A DNA stretch of 64,000 nucleotides from the human T2T-CHM13v2.0 reference genome, Homo sapiens, in NCBI RefSeq assembly GCF_009914755.1, contig NC_060926.1; one strand, given 5' to 3'. Below are positions 1 through 19,500 of the stretch, piece after piece. The notes below the pieces were generated by a model. It did not search any database, had not been told where the DNA came from, and worked only from the letters and a program-made list of their open reading frames with translations. A program made the position numbers and the translations under genes. Each line of letters starts with the position of its first letter. The stretch's first letter is position 1.

Positions 1-210
1 GTTAAAACTCTGCCAGGTTCCCAGTCTGTGCACTCAAAAGTGTTGACCCTATGTCCCTGAGCTTAACATTCATATCCTGTCTCAGACCTCTTTGTTAAGC
101 AATGTCTGTGCTTTTGTGACAAAAGCAGAAAAAATAAAATAAAATAAAATAAAATAAAATGGAGAATTTCGAGTCCCCAAATGAACCAATTAGAACTTAA
201 TGCCTAGAAC

Positions 211-3240
<3,030 letters not shown>

Positions 3241-4958
3241 TTACTCTTAGTATCTGAATATTCATTTTCCAATTTTAGGTGTTTTACATAAAACTTGGAA
3301 TGAAAATCTTTTTGTGTCACTTTGTATGTTAAAATTTTCTCAATTAGATGAAGTATAAATGTACATTAATGCAAGAAGAAAATGTCACAATGATTATGAA
3401 TGCTATTTATGTACGAAAGAAAGTAACAATTTTCAAATAGGCAAATAATAGTGTAATAATATTGAGAGAGTTAGCTAATGAATTTAAGAATATTAAATCC
3501 TTTTTCAGATGACAATTATAAAAACTTTAATGAAAAATACAAAGCAGAATAGAAATTTTATATCATAATTTCAATTGCATTCAGTTGTCATACCAGTATT
3601 AATTATACTAAACAAAATCATTTCTAAAGACTATGTTTAATTTTTAGTTGTTTTATACCATGAAGTTTTTTTCTTCCTTTTTTTTCTGAGACTCAAAATC
3701 CATGAATCTTCTATGAGAAAATCTTATTTGGGGATTCTTCACATGTTTTTGTAGATAAATTAAAAGCAGAATGTTAACTCTACCACTTCGGAATTTTATG
3801 AGGAGGAAAACCTCCAAAAGTTCTTACAACATAATCATTTTTGCTCCAGATATTATATATGTGTATACATATTTATATACATACACGTATATATAAACAC
3901 AGACACATATAAAGACGTTAGAGGAAGAAAGTTCCTCCACCTATTTTGTATTCCACTAACTTCAGTGGAAAGTGACCCTCAATTTAGTGTCTGTATGTGC
4001 ATGACAGCAATCATAGAAACAATCTAGCAACAGGCAGCACTGAGAAAATTATCATTACTGCACTATAATGTCCTACTCTTAAAATAAGATTACTAATATT
4101 TCTGAGAATAAATTATAATAACTTCAGGGATAACATTTCATATCTTCACATATGCCAGAAGTTTACTCTATGATGATGATACCGACTTCTGCTCCAGCTT
4201 TAACAAATATTGGTTTTCACACTTGGCCATTTGGCATTCAAAAAAGGGATATTTTGTGCACTAAATGTACAGCCAAAATATGTAGGTAATTCCTATGTCA
4301 ATTCATTATTTCATTCCATTTTCATGTGCTTATATAAAATATAATTTTAAAAGAGGATCTTATATATTCCAAGGATGTAGAAAACAACTCACAGCCTCCC
4401 TTATGGGTCTAACAGAAGATATCATAAAAAACTCAACCCCACACAGAAGCACTAGTGATCTAATAACATTTTATTGTTAACTGCCAATAATCAAGAAAAA
4501 TCCATGCAAGAAAGGTGTTAGTTCTTCTGATCTCTATACATTTTCAATGAATTCCCTTCACAGGCTGAAACTTGTACACAATAGAATTGCTTTCCATAGC
4601 TAAAAACTTACAGATCTAAGTTAGCTAGACTTGACTTCATAGTCTCTTAAAATATAAAGATTATTAACATCCTTATACATTAAAATTTTAATATTTTAAG
4701 ATTTAGACAAGTGTCACGTAAGATGAATTTTTAATTAACTAAGATGAAATTGTCTGTGATTCAGTAATATCCAAAATAAAAACATTTATAAATGCCCAAA
4801 ATCCCAATCCAGCAACTGATACCAGAGTAACTATCCTTATGAAGCAAGGGAAAGATGGCTGAAACTGAATGCCACAGATAGGCTGTGGTTCTCACTCAGC
4901 TGCTTAGTCATCTTAGACAAGTTATTTGCCCTTCCAAGTCTGTTTCCTAAACTATAAA

Positions 4959-5095
4959 ATGAATATATTATTATCTTCTCTGTCTAAATGTTATAGACAT
5001 ATATATATAATATGAATATTATATATAAGTATATATAATATGAATATTATATATAAATATATATATAATGAATATATTATTATCTTCTCTGTCTA
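4959..5095. repeat. TA-rich minisatellite (atatatataatatgaatatt)n between direct repeats
   Basis: atgaatatattattatcttctctgtcta occurs at both ends. Confidence 0.75.
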
Positions 5096-6105
5096 TATGT
5101 CTAACTACCAAATGAAGTTATGGAAATTACAAACTCTGATATATGTAAAATATTGAGTATCATGAGGGTTCCAAATCTAGGATCTTTATTTTCATACCAA
5201 CTTTATGAATAGACTGTGATCGATTTTTATGTAGTTTTATGTTTACTTTTAATGTTTACTCTCTTTAGAAACTACTTGGAACTTGATTATTTATTTATTT
5301 GCCATTCAAGAATGTGAGTATGATTTATGAAAATGTATTAACAGTTATCTGAAGTAATAATGTTAAGCTAGAACTCAAATTACAAATAAAGAAAAACAAA
5401 ACAAATATAAAATCATTTACAATAGAGAAAGCTTGCTCTTTGCCAAGAGTAATAATAATCTGCTGAAATCATTATTGTTAGTCACTTAATGACTACTGTC
5501 TTGGTTGGTACACATCAGCAGCAGTCAAATACCACCTCCCAGAACCCAACCACCCAAAAAAAGATACTGGGAATAAGAATGTCCTCAGAAAGCTCAACTG
5601 TAAAACTAAAACATAAACCAGAACATAGATTAGGAAGTCAAGCACGGAGGATCAAGTAAAAGATAGGACTAAATTTAAGATACTAACATGCAATGAAAAG
5701 AAATATATCTACCAGAAATATGGAGGTGAGTAGTTTGGTCAGCAATGAAAGCAGTGAAAAAGGAAAGGTACAAAACACTATCACATAAGCATTAACCAGG
5801 AGAAAGGATATCCTATAAGGCAGATTGATGTAAGTAACTGCTTGACGAGTATATCATGGAGCTGAGATTATCACTTTATCAGAGTCGATGCCATTTAAAA
5901 CTTCTAGTCATTTATAATCAACTCCCTTGTTGTTATCTCATGATCTTGTTCAGTAGGCAACTATTGAAATTTGGTTTTCCATTCAGCATTCTACAGTGAA
6001 AGAATACATTCCCTGATGTAAATTTCTAGTCCTTATTTTACTTGAATAAACTGGCGTTCTCTTGTGATGGGGATGTATATGCTCAGATAAGAATGTGGGC
6101 TCTGG

Positions 6106-7308
6106 GGATGGAAGCTCCGGCCGCGGAGTGATGGTGGCCTCAGCGAAGATGGGCCGGGCAGGGACCATGGCAGTGGCAGCAGAGGTGGCAGGGGCGGGGC
6201 GGCTGGCGGTAGAGGAGGCTGTGGTCCTCAGGGGGCTGTAGGTGGAGGTATGGCTCGGGCCAGCAGCAGGAACGGCAGCGAGGAGGCCTGGGGGGCACTT
6301 CGGGCGCTGCAACAGCAGCTTCGAGAGCTGTGCCCAGGAGTGAACAACCAGCCCTACCTCTGTGAGAGTGGTCACTGCTGCAGGGAGACTGGCTGCTGCA
6401 CCTACTACTATGAGCTCTGGTGGTTCTGGCTGCTCTGGACTGTCCTCATCCTCTTTAGCTGCTGTTGGGCCTTCCGCCACCGACGAGCTAAACTCAGGCT
6501 GCAACAACAGCAGCGGCAGCGTGAAATCAACTTGTTGGCCTATCATGGGGCATGCCATGGGGCTGGTCCTTTCCCTACCGGTTCACTGCTTGACCTTCGC
6601 CTCCTCAGCACCTTCAAGCCCCCAGCCTACGAGGATGTGGTTCACCGCCCAGGCACCACCCCCCGCCCCCCGCCTCCGCGCCTTATACTGTCGCCCCAGG
6701 CCGCCCCTTGACTGCTTCCAGTGAACAAACCTGCTGTTCCTCCTCATCCAGCTGCCCTGCCCATTTTGAAGGAACAAATGTGGAAGGTGTTTCCTCCCAC
6801 CAGAGTGCCCTCCCTCATCAGGAGGGTGAGCCTGGGGCAGGGGTGACCCCTGCCCCCACACCCCCCTCCTGCCGCTATCGCCGTTTAACTGGCGACTCCG
6901 GTATTAAGCTCTGCCCTTGTCCTGCCTCCGGTGAGGCTGAGCCAGTCAAGGAGGTGAGGGTTAGTGCCACCCTGCCAGATCTGGAGGACTACTCCCCGTG
7001 TGCACTGCCCCCAGATTCTGTACCGCAGGTCTTTCCCATGGGGCTGTCTTCCAGTGAAGGGGACATCCCATACGTAGTTTTGAGAGGGTGGATGGGTTAC
7101 TTGCCCACCAGAAACAGCCCTAGTCCCAACTCCTTGCGTTCCTTTTGGCCCCTCCCTGCCTACCTAGAATCTGCCTGAAAGGGCTGGAGCCCTGAGGAGA
7201 GGGGCAGTATTGGGGGACTGTGCTAGCTTTACCCCCGCAAGACATACACAGGAGCCTTTGATCTCATTAAAGAGACGTGAACCAGCTAAAAAAAAAAAAA
7301 AAAAAAAA
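6106..7308 (+). pseudogene. WBP1 (WW domain binding protein 1) processed pseudogene
   Basis: MARASSRNGSEEAWG..CESGHCC.ETGCCTYYYELWWFWLLW..FKPPAYEDVV. Intronless, with a frameshift in a C-rich tract near 6660, ATTAAA, poly(A) at 7288-7308 and TSD aaga(a/g)tgtgggctctgg (6089-6105 / 7307-7323). Confidence 0.95.
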
Positions 7309-8129
7309 GAGTGTGGGCTCTGGAGTCAGGTTACTTTGAGTTCCTACTGACTTACTTTGTGATCTTGGGAAATTTACCAATCTGTTGTCTGTTTCCTCAT
7401 CTGTAGAAAGGGCGCCTAATAATAGGACCTATTTCCCAGGGTTGTTGTGAGGATTAAACAATTCATGTAAAGCACTTAAAACAGTACTTGTCACATAGCA
7501 AGTGCTAAACAAATGCTAGCCTGGTTATTATTTTTGAACATGAATTAACATTCCTGTGTCTGATCGCTCTGACACTGATCAGTTTCTAAATCTAAAAAAC
7601 TGAAGCAGGGTCACTGTGTTTCACAACTCCGGGGGCATCAATGCACAAGAGAACAGAGTTCTCCGGCCGCTCTGAACTGATGGCATGACCTGGTGAATTC
7701 AAGGTCACCCATCTGTGAGGTTCTTTTTGTTAGCCAATCTGTCCAGGTGAAAACTTAAGAGTCATAAACCTAAAATGTCTACCCTAGTGAGGCAGATCTC
7801 CTAAATAAGTGAGGCACAGCTTGAGTGGTGAGTTTGCCAAGAAACTATGAACGATAAGACTGTGGAGCGTAGAGCACAAGTCAAGCCTTAAATGCTTTCA
7901 AATACAGATATTTTAAGATATTCTGTCAGGCAAAAACAACAGTATAGGCAGATTTTAGGCCTGAAGCCCACCAGTTTGCAAACCCTGCAGCACCCTTTCA
8001 TTCAAACCTTAAAATATTTTAACTTAGGATAATGTACATCCTGTGACCTATTTTTAACCTTTATTTTTCTTTACTGCTCTGTGACTATCCCTTCTTTTCT
8101 CCTCCCTTGGTTTACAAAAACTTCTGTGC

Positions 8130-9560
8130 TCTTCTCCATACCTCTTGACACACATACCTTGAGTGGTATCATTCATTTCAACTAACATTTCAATCAGCTA
8201 AAAATTCCAGATATTTATATCCAACTCTATCAATGCTAAGAAATACCTCATGAATGGTGCCTGTCTACTTTCTCATTGCCAATGCCTTTGGTCAAGTCCT
8301 CATCTGATTTCTAGACGTTTACAATAGCTTTGGTTCATTCTATTCTCTCATTGTCCACATCCAGCCACCACTAAATCCTACTGGTTCTAACACCAATCAA
8401 ACCATATCCACAATCCAACCATTTTCACCTAAACCATCATCATCTGTTACCTAAATTACCACAGCAGTTCCTTTTACTATTCATTTACCTCATTTACCAT
8501 ACTACTCATTTACCATATACCATAGAGGATCCTGTCCCTCCTCTGTTTAATCCCCCATTAGCTCCCAGGTCACTCAAGAGTGAAATCCAAGGTCCACACA
8601 ATGGCTTACAAGGCCCTATACAATTGCCTATTACCCCTCTAATTTATTCTCTTATTATTCTCTGGCCACATCCCTTGTGTTTTCCTCAATCATACCAGGC
8701 TCATTCCTGGTCCAGGCTTTCTCTACCTCCCACTCCCTTTATATGGATGCTCTTTCCTCAAATGTCTTGGGTCTGGATTGTTGTCTTGTATCAGGGCTCT
8801 TTGCTCAAATGTTACTCTTTCATAAGTGCTTCCCTAAACACCCTCCCCACATGCACTTGACTCCCCATCTCCCTTTCTGCTTTATCACCATTGAACACAT
8901 CTGTTTTTCATGTTTATTTTCTGTCTCTCCCAAGAAAATGTAAGTTTCATTACAGCAAGTTTTTTTCTTTATTGCTGTATTCCTGATCTTAGAACAATAT
9001 GTATTAAGCTTCATGTTTAATGAAAATGACTGAAAAGCTTCCTAACTTGTCTTCCTTCTACTGATCTCCCCTTCTGTAGTCCACTTCCTCCTATCCCCCA
9101 GGTAGTATACCAAAAAATGCATCTGATCATTCTCCTGCTTAAAAGACTTTGATGGGATCCCCACATCCTTCGGGGTCTGGCCCCAAATTTAATCTGTTTC
9201 CCCATTCCCCAAAATAGTTGTACACTCTCCACATACTAACACTTTTATCATCCCTGAACCTACTTGTGCCATTTATCCATGCTTTTCGTGTATCTCTGTA
9301 TTTACTTGGCCAAAGTTTTATTCATCCTCCAGGTCTAGTTATGCCATGATGTCTCCCAGAAGCCTTCATCTGTGTACCCCCACAGCACTCAGTTCAGGCC
9401 TCCATTATAGTACTTGTGCTATACTATGTATTTACCAATCTGCTTCTGCAACTAGATTATAAGATCCCAGAGAGCAAGTTCATGATGTTGTGTCCAGAGT
9501 TCTTTTGCCAGTGCTTAACACTATACTTAGCAGAGAGGAAACACTGCAAGTCTGAAGAAT
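8130..9560 (+). mobile_element. L2/MIR remnants
   Basis: Pyrimidine-rich L2-like sequence (aaatccaaggtcc..atggcttacaaggcccta; ctagattataagatcccagagagcaag). Confidence 0.55.
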
Positions 9561-11128
9561 GAAAATGTAATGAATGAAATTTTATAATGAATGAAATAAT
9601 TTGTTTATGAGAGGTTGGGGGAAAAAAAGAGTCTTCCTAAGAGTCAGAGTGCTTTACAACATCAAACCTGAGACCTGATATGAGTTTTTACATTTGCTAA
9701 AGAAAAATTTCCTTTAGTAATTTCAACAATAGTTAAATTAGTGGATTCAGGAATCAGAAGTAAGTTAATGGCTAGTCAGGAAAGGTATTTACTCCACGGA
9801 ACATACCAATTTACACACCAGATATTGTGTGGAGCAAAAAGTGTACTCCAATCTGAGAAAAGGCATCTGCAATTTTTTTAATTAAAATTGATTTAAGTGG
9901 GAAGGAAAATTGAAAATTATCTAGTGCAACTACTTCATTTCACAAATGAAAAAAATCATGAAAAGGGGAAGAGCATTAACCCAAGTTAGAAGATCAGGAT
10001 CAGTACCAAGGTTTTATTCAAAATGAAGGGCTCTCTCTCAAATGTAACACATTACAGTTCCAAACTACTCAAGGATTAAAGCCCAGAACTTATTCCATTA
10101 CTTTGCTGTGCAAACTTAATGAAGAGTGAAGATAATATTGCAAGTAGGAAAATAATATTGCAAGACTGAAAATAATAATACCTGGGTTCTTATCTAGGTT
10201 GTATTTGTGAGATCTCAGACAATTCACTGAACCTTGTAATGCTACCTTAATTAACTACCACATGGGATTAATGTGAGAATCAAATGAAAGCCCTGTTGCA
10301 AATGAAAAGTATAATCATCTTTTCCATCCTCATCCTTTCAGGTTCTCCAGTGCAGTCTCTTAGCAAGTTTTCAATCTATATGGGGGGCCATAAACCACTT
10401 GCAATTCTGACTAGTTGGAGTTTTGTTGTTCTTGTAGTACAGGACAGAAAGCTGCGAGGGAAGGGTGGGGAGGTTGTTTATGTATTATAAACCTCCTCCC
10501 AAAGGGGAGTATTATCCATATCACCTATCAATTAAAGACTCTTTGAGACTCACAAGCTCTTAAAAGGTTCATGTTGAAAAATTATCTTTTTCCCCAGTAC
10601 ACGCCCTACAAAACCTTTTACCATTTGTATATTTCAGAAGATTCTGTAACAATTACTTGGGTTATATTTATCTTTTCCTACTCTACTACAGATGTGTCCA
10701 AAGCAGGGACTCATAGTATTTCATCTTCAGGAGCTGTGAATTGTTTTAATTGGGTCAACATCCAGTTGAAATATAAAACTAAGTGGCTGGAGTCGTGCCT
10801 GAGAGAACTGAATGAAAAAGAACTGAACGACGAGAGACCAGAATTATACCTCCCTCTGATTTCCCCCAACTCTTTCCCCTCTATGTCTATTATATATTTC
10901 TAAAGACCTTTAGAAACTAGGCTCTGGGCTTATGCAAAAGTCCTCTACTACATTCTACATAGCCACAAGTTTATTTACAAGTATTTTTATATTAATAACA
11001 TTTTATAAAATACAATGTTTTAACTCCAGGTGTGAAAATATTTAAAGGAAAGTACACTAAATGGATTTTTTTAATTATTCATCTGGCAAACAATCTTGTG
11101 CAAAATGGTCACTATATAACATGTACAA

Positions 11129-14000
<2,872 letters not shown>

Positions 14001-14306
14001 TTAATTTAAAAAACACTGCATAAAAAAGGTAAATGCTGTCATTTCAGGTGATCAGTTGATAATAAAATGTCTACAAACCCAAACTGAAATCATGCAGTAA
14101 TACATACATTAATTTTTGGATAATCATTAAAGACCATAGAAAATGTAACAGATCCTACTCTTCAAAATAATTGCTATTCAGTATTAAAATAAATAAAGTG
14201 AAAGGTGTTGGAAAGATAGAGGAATTGATAGGAATACCACAGAAGTGGAAGAATAGTATGAATATCCATAAATTAATTTATATTAGCAAGAAATAATAAT
14301 GCTTAC

Positions 14307-14381
14307 ATCATCAGATCCAGTCTCAGAAGGCCTTGCTTTTTTGGGTGCAATGACAGGGGAAAGTGATCCTTCAAAGTCAAA
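14307..14381 (-). pseudogene. Duplicated ANAPC1 exon (75 nt) FDFEGSLSPVIAPKKARPSETGSDD
   Basis: Translated by hand. ttttcag acceptor, gtaagc donor. Last ANAPC1 exon I could recognise in the window. Confidence 0.88.
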
Positions 14382-17039
14382 CTGAAAAGTAACCCCAAAA
14401 GAAAAGATAAAAATCATAAATGCATTCCTGTCAACTGATCAACTTAAAGGATTCAGAAATCAGTTCTGCCAATTATGAAAACTGAGAAAAGCCATCAAAA
14501 CTCATTTTTTGATCTGGAAAGTCATTATTTAAATATCTTTCTTCCAGGTTACTGTAAAGATGAAATGAAATCATATTAATATATGCAAACATCTAGAACA
14601 GTGCCTGGGCTCCTAAGGACTGATTTTAATGGTAGTTTCCTTCCCTCTCCTACTTCTGTAACGACATAGATTACATCACATCTTTGGTAGAAAAAGAAAC
14701 TTTAGGCATATCCACAATATACCAAGTCTCAAAGGATCAACCCAATATCAGTCAAATGTTAGAACTAAGCAAACATTTATTTACAGTCCACCTACAGTAA
14801 ACTATCTAACAATTCTATGGCAGAGACAAGTAGCTACTCTGGAAAATCTTTTTTCTCCTCTTTCTACTGAACCCACAGCCAGACTACATACATACGTCTG
14901 CCTCCTTTGAAGTTAGGTGTGACCCTTTGACAGAGTTAATTATAAATGGAAGTCACTGTCATCACTTCCAGGACCAGTCCAGTCCTACCCCTGCTCCTCC
15001 AGGCTCTTTGCCCCTTCCACCTGACTGGAATGCAGTCAACCAACGGCAAGCTTTGAACCGAAGACAAAAGATCCTCCATCAACCTGGGTTCCTGAATAAC
15101 TGTGTGGCCTGTTTATCTGCTAAGCCCTGTTATGTAAACAAGACAGACATTTTTATTGTGTTTGAGCCATTGTATCTTTTGAGGCCTTTCTATTACAATA
15201 GTGAGCCTATCTTTTAACTAGTACAACTACATCAAAGCAGTTTTCTGCAAGTTGCTCTTCTTCAATTTCCCCTGGCATAATCTTTGCTGCCCCAGCTACT
15301 TCACATGGGCATTGACCATCAACTAATAAACTGTAACTCTATAAATGGCAATGGCTATTTTCCTATGCTGAAAAACTTACATATTTATCAACTCACTCAC
15401 CTAAACAGAGTTGATTTCTATATAAAAACTAAACATAGGTAGCAATAAAGTGATTTTTAAAACCGAATGTTATTGAGAGAGAAGATTTGCTTGTGAAGCA
15501 TTCAAATAAAAAACAGCCCAACTCATATATATTATAAAAAACCTGGTAGTAACAGTGAAATCAAAGCAACAAATATAACAGTAACTATCTAACCTAAAAC
15601 TTCAACCAAAATGTAACACACACAAAGTCCCACAGTCAAAAAGAATGTCCCTGCTATAATTATCAGATTCATAAGGCCTGGAGTTATGAGAAAGTAGAAA
15701 CTGCCTGATAAGGATGGCTCTTTGTGCCATACATGGATCTGTTTAATCTTCACTCTTTCAATGTGTCTCAGGTTAGCCAACCCTGTTATATGCTCCTATG
15801 GACCCTTACCCTTCATCTATCATAACACATGTATCAAATATTATTTATTTGTTTCCCTCAAGACAGTCAATTCCAGAGGAACAATCTGTTTTGTTTGGGG
15901 TATATGTGAGAAACCTGGCATCATGCCTGGCCCACAGCAGGGATTCAATATTTATCTAATGAAAAAAAGAGCAGCCCAAAAGCCACAAAAAGTTAACCCC
16001 AAATGCAACTGTTCCTACAATGTACAGTCCAGTGCACTCATGTAACACATCAGCAAATTAAAGAAAGCACAAAGAAATGCCAAAAATTGTGTAACGAGTC
16101 ATTGGCAGAAATTCTGTACTCCACCACATTATATATGTGAAAACAAAAAGAATAAATCTGAACAAAGCAAAATGAAAACCATTTGCCAATGAGGACCATT
16201 TCATCCTAAGCTTTGACTATGAGGACAAAAGATAGCAAGGGTTTAACCACGCAGTCCTATAAATAAATGGCAAAGCAACTTGGCCTCAAGAATTGATTTC
16301 CTTATTCCTTCCTTTATAATTATCATGCAATAAGTAAGTCAAAGAGCCATGTCCTTCTTTGCAAAGGAAAAAATGGGTAGGTGCTCAGTCCTCCCCAAAA
16401 CATGGAAACGCGAGGGGGCATAGGTTCTCTGCCAGAGACTAGGACACAACAATCTGTACTCATCAACAAGTTCCAAGGACAATGATACACAAAACTACAG
16501 AAAGCTGACATGCTTTTTCATAATGTAGAAATCCAGTTTCTATGAGGCTTAATCTTTTCACATGTAATAAAGAACAGAAAAATTGGGGATAATGTCACTT
16601 GGATACAATTGTTTAAAATCAGAAAAGAAGTCCAGGAGCCATGGTTCACACCTGTAATCCTAGCACTTTGGGAGGCCAAGGTGGGAGGATCACTTGAGCT
16701 CAGGAGTTTGAAACCAGCATAGCCCACATGGCAAAACCCCGTCTCTACTAAAAATACAGAAATTAGCCAGGCGTGGAAGTGCATGCCTGTAATCCCAGCT
16801 ACTCGGGAGGCTGAGGCACAAGAATCGCTCCAACTTAGGAGGCAGAGGTTGTAGTGAGCCAGGATAGCGCCACTGCATTCCAGCCTAGATGACAGAGCAA
16901 AACCCCGTCTTAAAAAAGGAAAGAAAAGAAAAGAAAATTGTCCCTATTTTCCCATAAGATTTTTCTCAAGGAAATTGCAGACAGCAATTCCTTCATGTGC
17001 TGAAATAGACACAAACTCTTAAAAACAGTATCTCACTCA

Positions 17040-17660
17040 GATGGAAAATGGCATTCACTCAACAAATGTTCACTGAGTATCCTTCTATGCCAGGCAATAC
17101 CACAGGTCCTGGAGAGAGAGAGTAGTAAACAAAACTAAGCAAAAATCTTTGCCTTCCTAGAATTTACATTCCAGTTGGGGGAGGAGGGACACAAAACAAA
17201 ATAAGTAAAACATACAGTATATTATATTTAATTAAGTGAGAAGAAAGAAAAACAGGTAAATGGCACTAAAGGTATGGAGGCAGGTGTAATTCTATAGAGA
17301 GAGACAGGACAGGCAGCACTGAGGTGACATCTGAATAAAGACCTAAGCACGTCTTGTCGGAGGGAAAGCATTCTCCATAGAGGTAATGGCAAGTGCAAAC
17401 ACTCAGAGGCAGAAACATGCTGGCAGTGCTCAGGGAACAGAGCTGAGGCCAATGTGGCTGGGATGATGCGTGCAAAGCATTAAGAAATAAGACCAGGAAG
17501 GTGAGCAAGGGCTAGGTAACATGGCATCTTATAAGCCTATGGCCTTTACTCTGAGTGACATGGGAAGTCACTGGGGGATTCTACGCAGAGGCGTGACGAA
17601 CGCAACCTGACGTTATCAAACAGGATTACTTTGGCCACTGGTCTGAGAAGAGACTGGAAC
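17040..17660 (-). mobile_element. L2 remnant
   Basis: cattcactcaacaaatgttcactgag..ctatgccaggc, the L2 3' end, followed by a purine-rich body. Confidence 0.6.
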
Positions 17661-18334
17661 ATAGACAAAGGACATGAAATACGAATCAAAAAATAAGAAC
17701 TATAAATAACTGATGAAAATTTGAAAAAACCATTCCCATTTACTTATAGAGAAATAAGATAAAATTTCTCAGGAAGCTGGCAAAGTTTCACCACACCACA
17801 AATAAACACTGTGGTGAAATGGGCGCTTTTAAATGATGCTAGTAAGAATGGCACCGGCGAACCCCTTTCCAAACATTACTTGACCTCACAGTTTCTCTTT
17901 TAAGATTCAATTCTTGGGAAGTAACTAGAGATGTGGTTAAAGAGTCGTGAAAAAGGATGTTTATAAATTACAATAACGAAAACAACAGATTCACAAGGTA
18001 CAATTATTAGCTATTGGTTAATTATGATAAAACTACACTATGAAGAAATGATGGAGATATTTTAGAAAAAATTTTTAATGATAACGGGAAATTTTCATTG
18101 GTATTTTTATATAGAAGGTAACATCAAAAATATTTAGAGTGGTTATCTCTGAGTAGTATAATTATTTTCTTAATTCCTCCATTTTCCACATTTTCCTTTC
18201 ATAATTAAGACAAAAAACAAGTTTTAAAAATGGATTTGCTGGCCAGGCACGGTGGCTCACACCTGTAATCCCAGCACTTTGGGAGGCTGAGACGGGCAGA
18301 TCACGAGGTCAGGAGATCGAGACCATCCTGGCTA

Positions 18335-18586
<252 letters not shown>

Positions 18587-19312
18587 CTACCTGGAAAAGG
18601 GGTAATTACAGTCTAGAGTGATTTTTTTTCAGAGTGACCCAGGCAAAGTTGTCCTGGGAGTGATCTCCAAAGCTAGAAGGAGATCACCAATACTGAAGAC
18701 ACCACTCTGCTGATTTTGTAAATAATAAGGGCCTGTAAGGATGTTACTGGGGGAAGAGGGTGAGAGGTAAGGCCTTATACCATTAACAGAGTAGATGGTA
18801 TAAGTACAGAGTAGATGGTATAGTACTCGGCTAAAGTACTTTAAATCTCCCTCAAATCAAACCTTCCTCTTCACATCCCAAGGAATATGTGTGTAAAAAG
18901 ACAATCTTATCTTCAGAAAACAATGTTAAACAAGGAGTCAGAAGATGCAGTCTAGTCATAGTTTTTAAAAAATCACAGATCTGTGATTTCTTTGTGATCC
19001 AGTTTCTTCATCAATAAAACCAAGACTATCACTAATCCTAGCATAACTTGCAGTCATTTTACAAAGGTGAAATGAGAAATAGTCATATATGCTTTAACAT
19101 TCTAAAGCTCAGTAATTATAATCACTAGTAAAATGTTAATATTAAATATTAAGTGAGATTTGATTTACAACATATAGATACAATAAACCTTAATATCATT
19201 CTATTATTTTGAATATGGTACGCCTATTATGTAGTCTCAATGTTATATTACCAATTATGCAACCATTACATTAACAGAATAACTCATAAAGAAAACAATT
19301 GTATTTACTTAC

Positions 19313-19360
19313 ATTTCTAGTCCATGCTAAGCGGTCTGTGTTAAAACCCATCACGTTCAT
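19313..19360 (-). CDS. RGPD2: ANAPC1-derived alternative first coding segment of RGPD1/RGPD2 (MNVMGFNTDRLAWTRN)
   Basis: 16 codons from ATG 19360 to a phase-0 donor. I recall RGPD1 beginning MNVMGFNTDRLAWTRN before RANBP2-like sequence. RGPD2 is assigned from strand and KRCC1 proximity; the downstream exons lie outside the window. Confidence 0.65.
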
Positions 19361-19500
19361 GAGACAAGTCACAAATAAATTCCACTCTGAGTGATAACTG
19401 GGTCCTACTGGAGCACTGTGGACATTGTACCACTTGACAAGCATCTGAACTGCTATTTCTTTTGGCAGGATAAACTTAATTGTTTGCAAACATGTTTGTA
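19313..19500 (-). pseudogene. Duplicated ANAPC1 exon (188 nt) VQTCLQTIKFILPKEIAVQMLVKWYNVHSAPVGPSYHSEWNLFVTCLMNVMGFNTDRLAWTRN
   Basis: ttttaatag acceptor, gtaagt donor, open frame. Confidence 0.9.

Noticed and set aside
4080-4600. Protein-looking minus frame (LWKAILLCTSFSL..CTKYPFFECQMAKCEN)
   Set aside because: Stop density is about what random AT-rich DNA gives, so it is not supportable without a homology search.
5983-6861. Minus-strand ORFs (191 aa, 92 aa) over the WBP1 copy
   Set aside because: Antisense shadows of the GC-rich retrocopy.
15589-15780. Hydrophobic ORF resembling a transmembrane segment
   Set aside because: It lies in an ANAPC1-derived intron with no convincing splice sites or homology, and is expected by chance in T-rich DNA.
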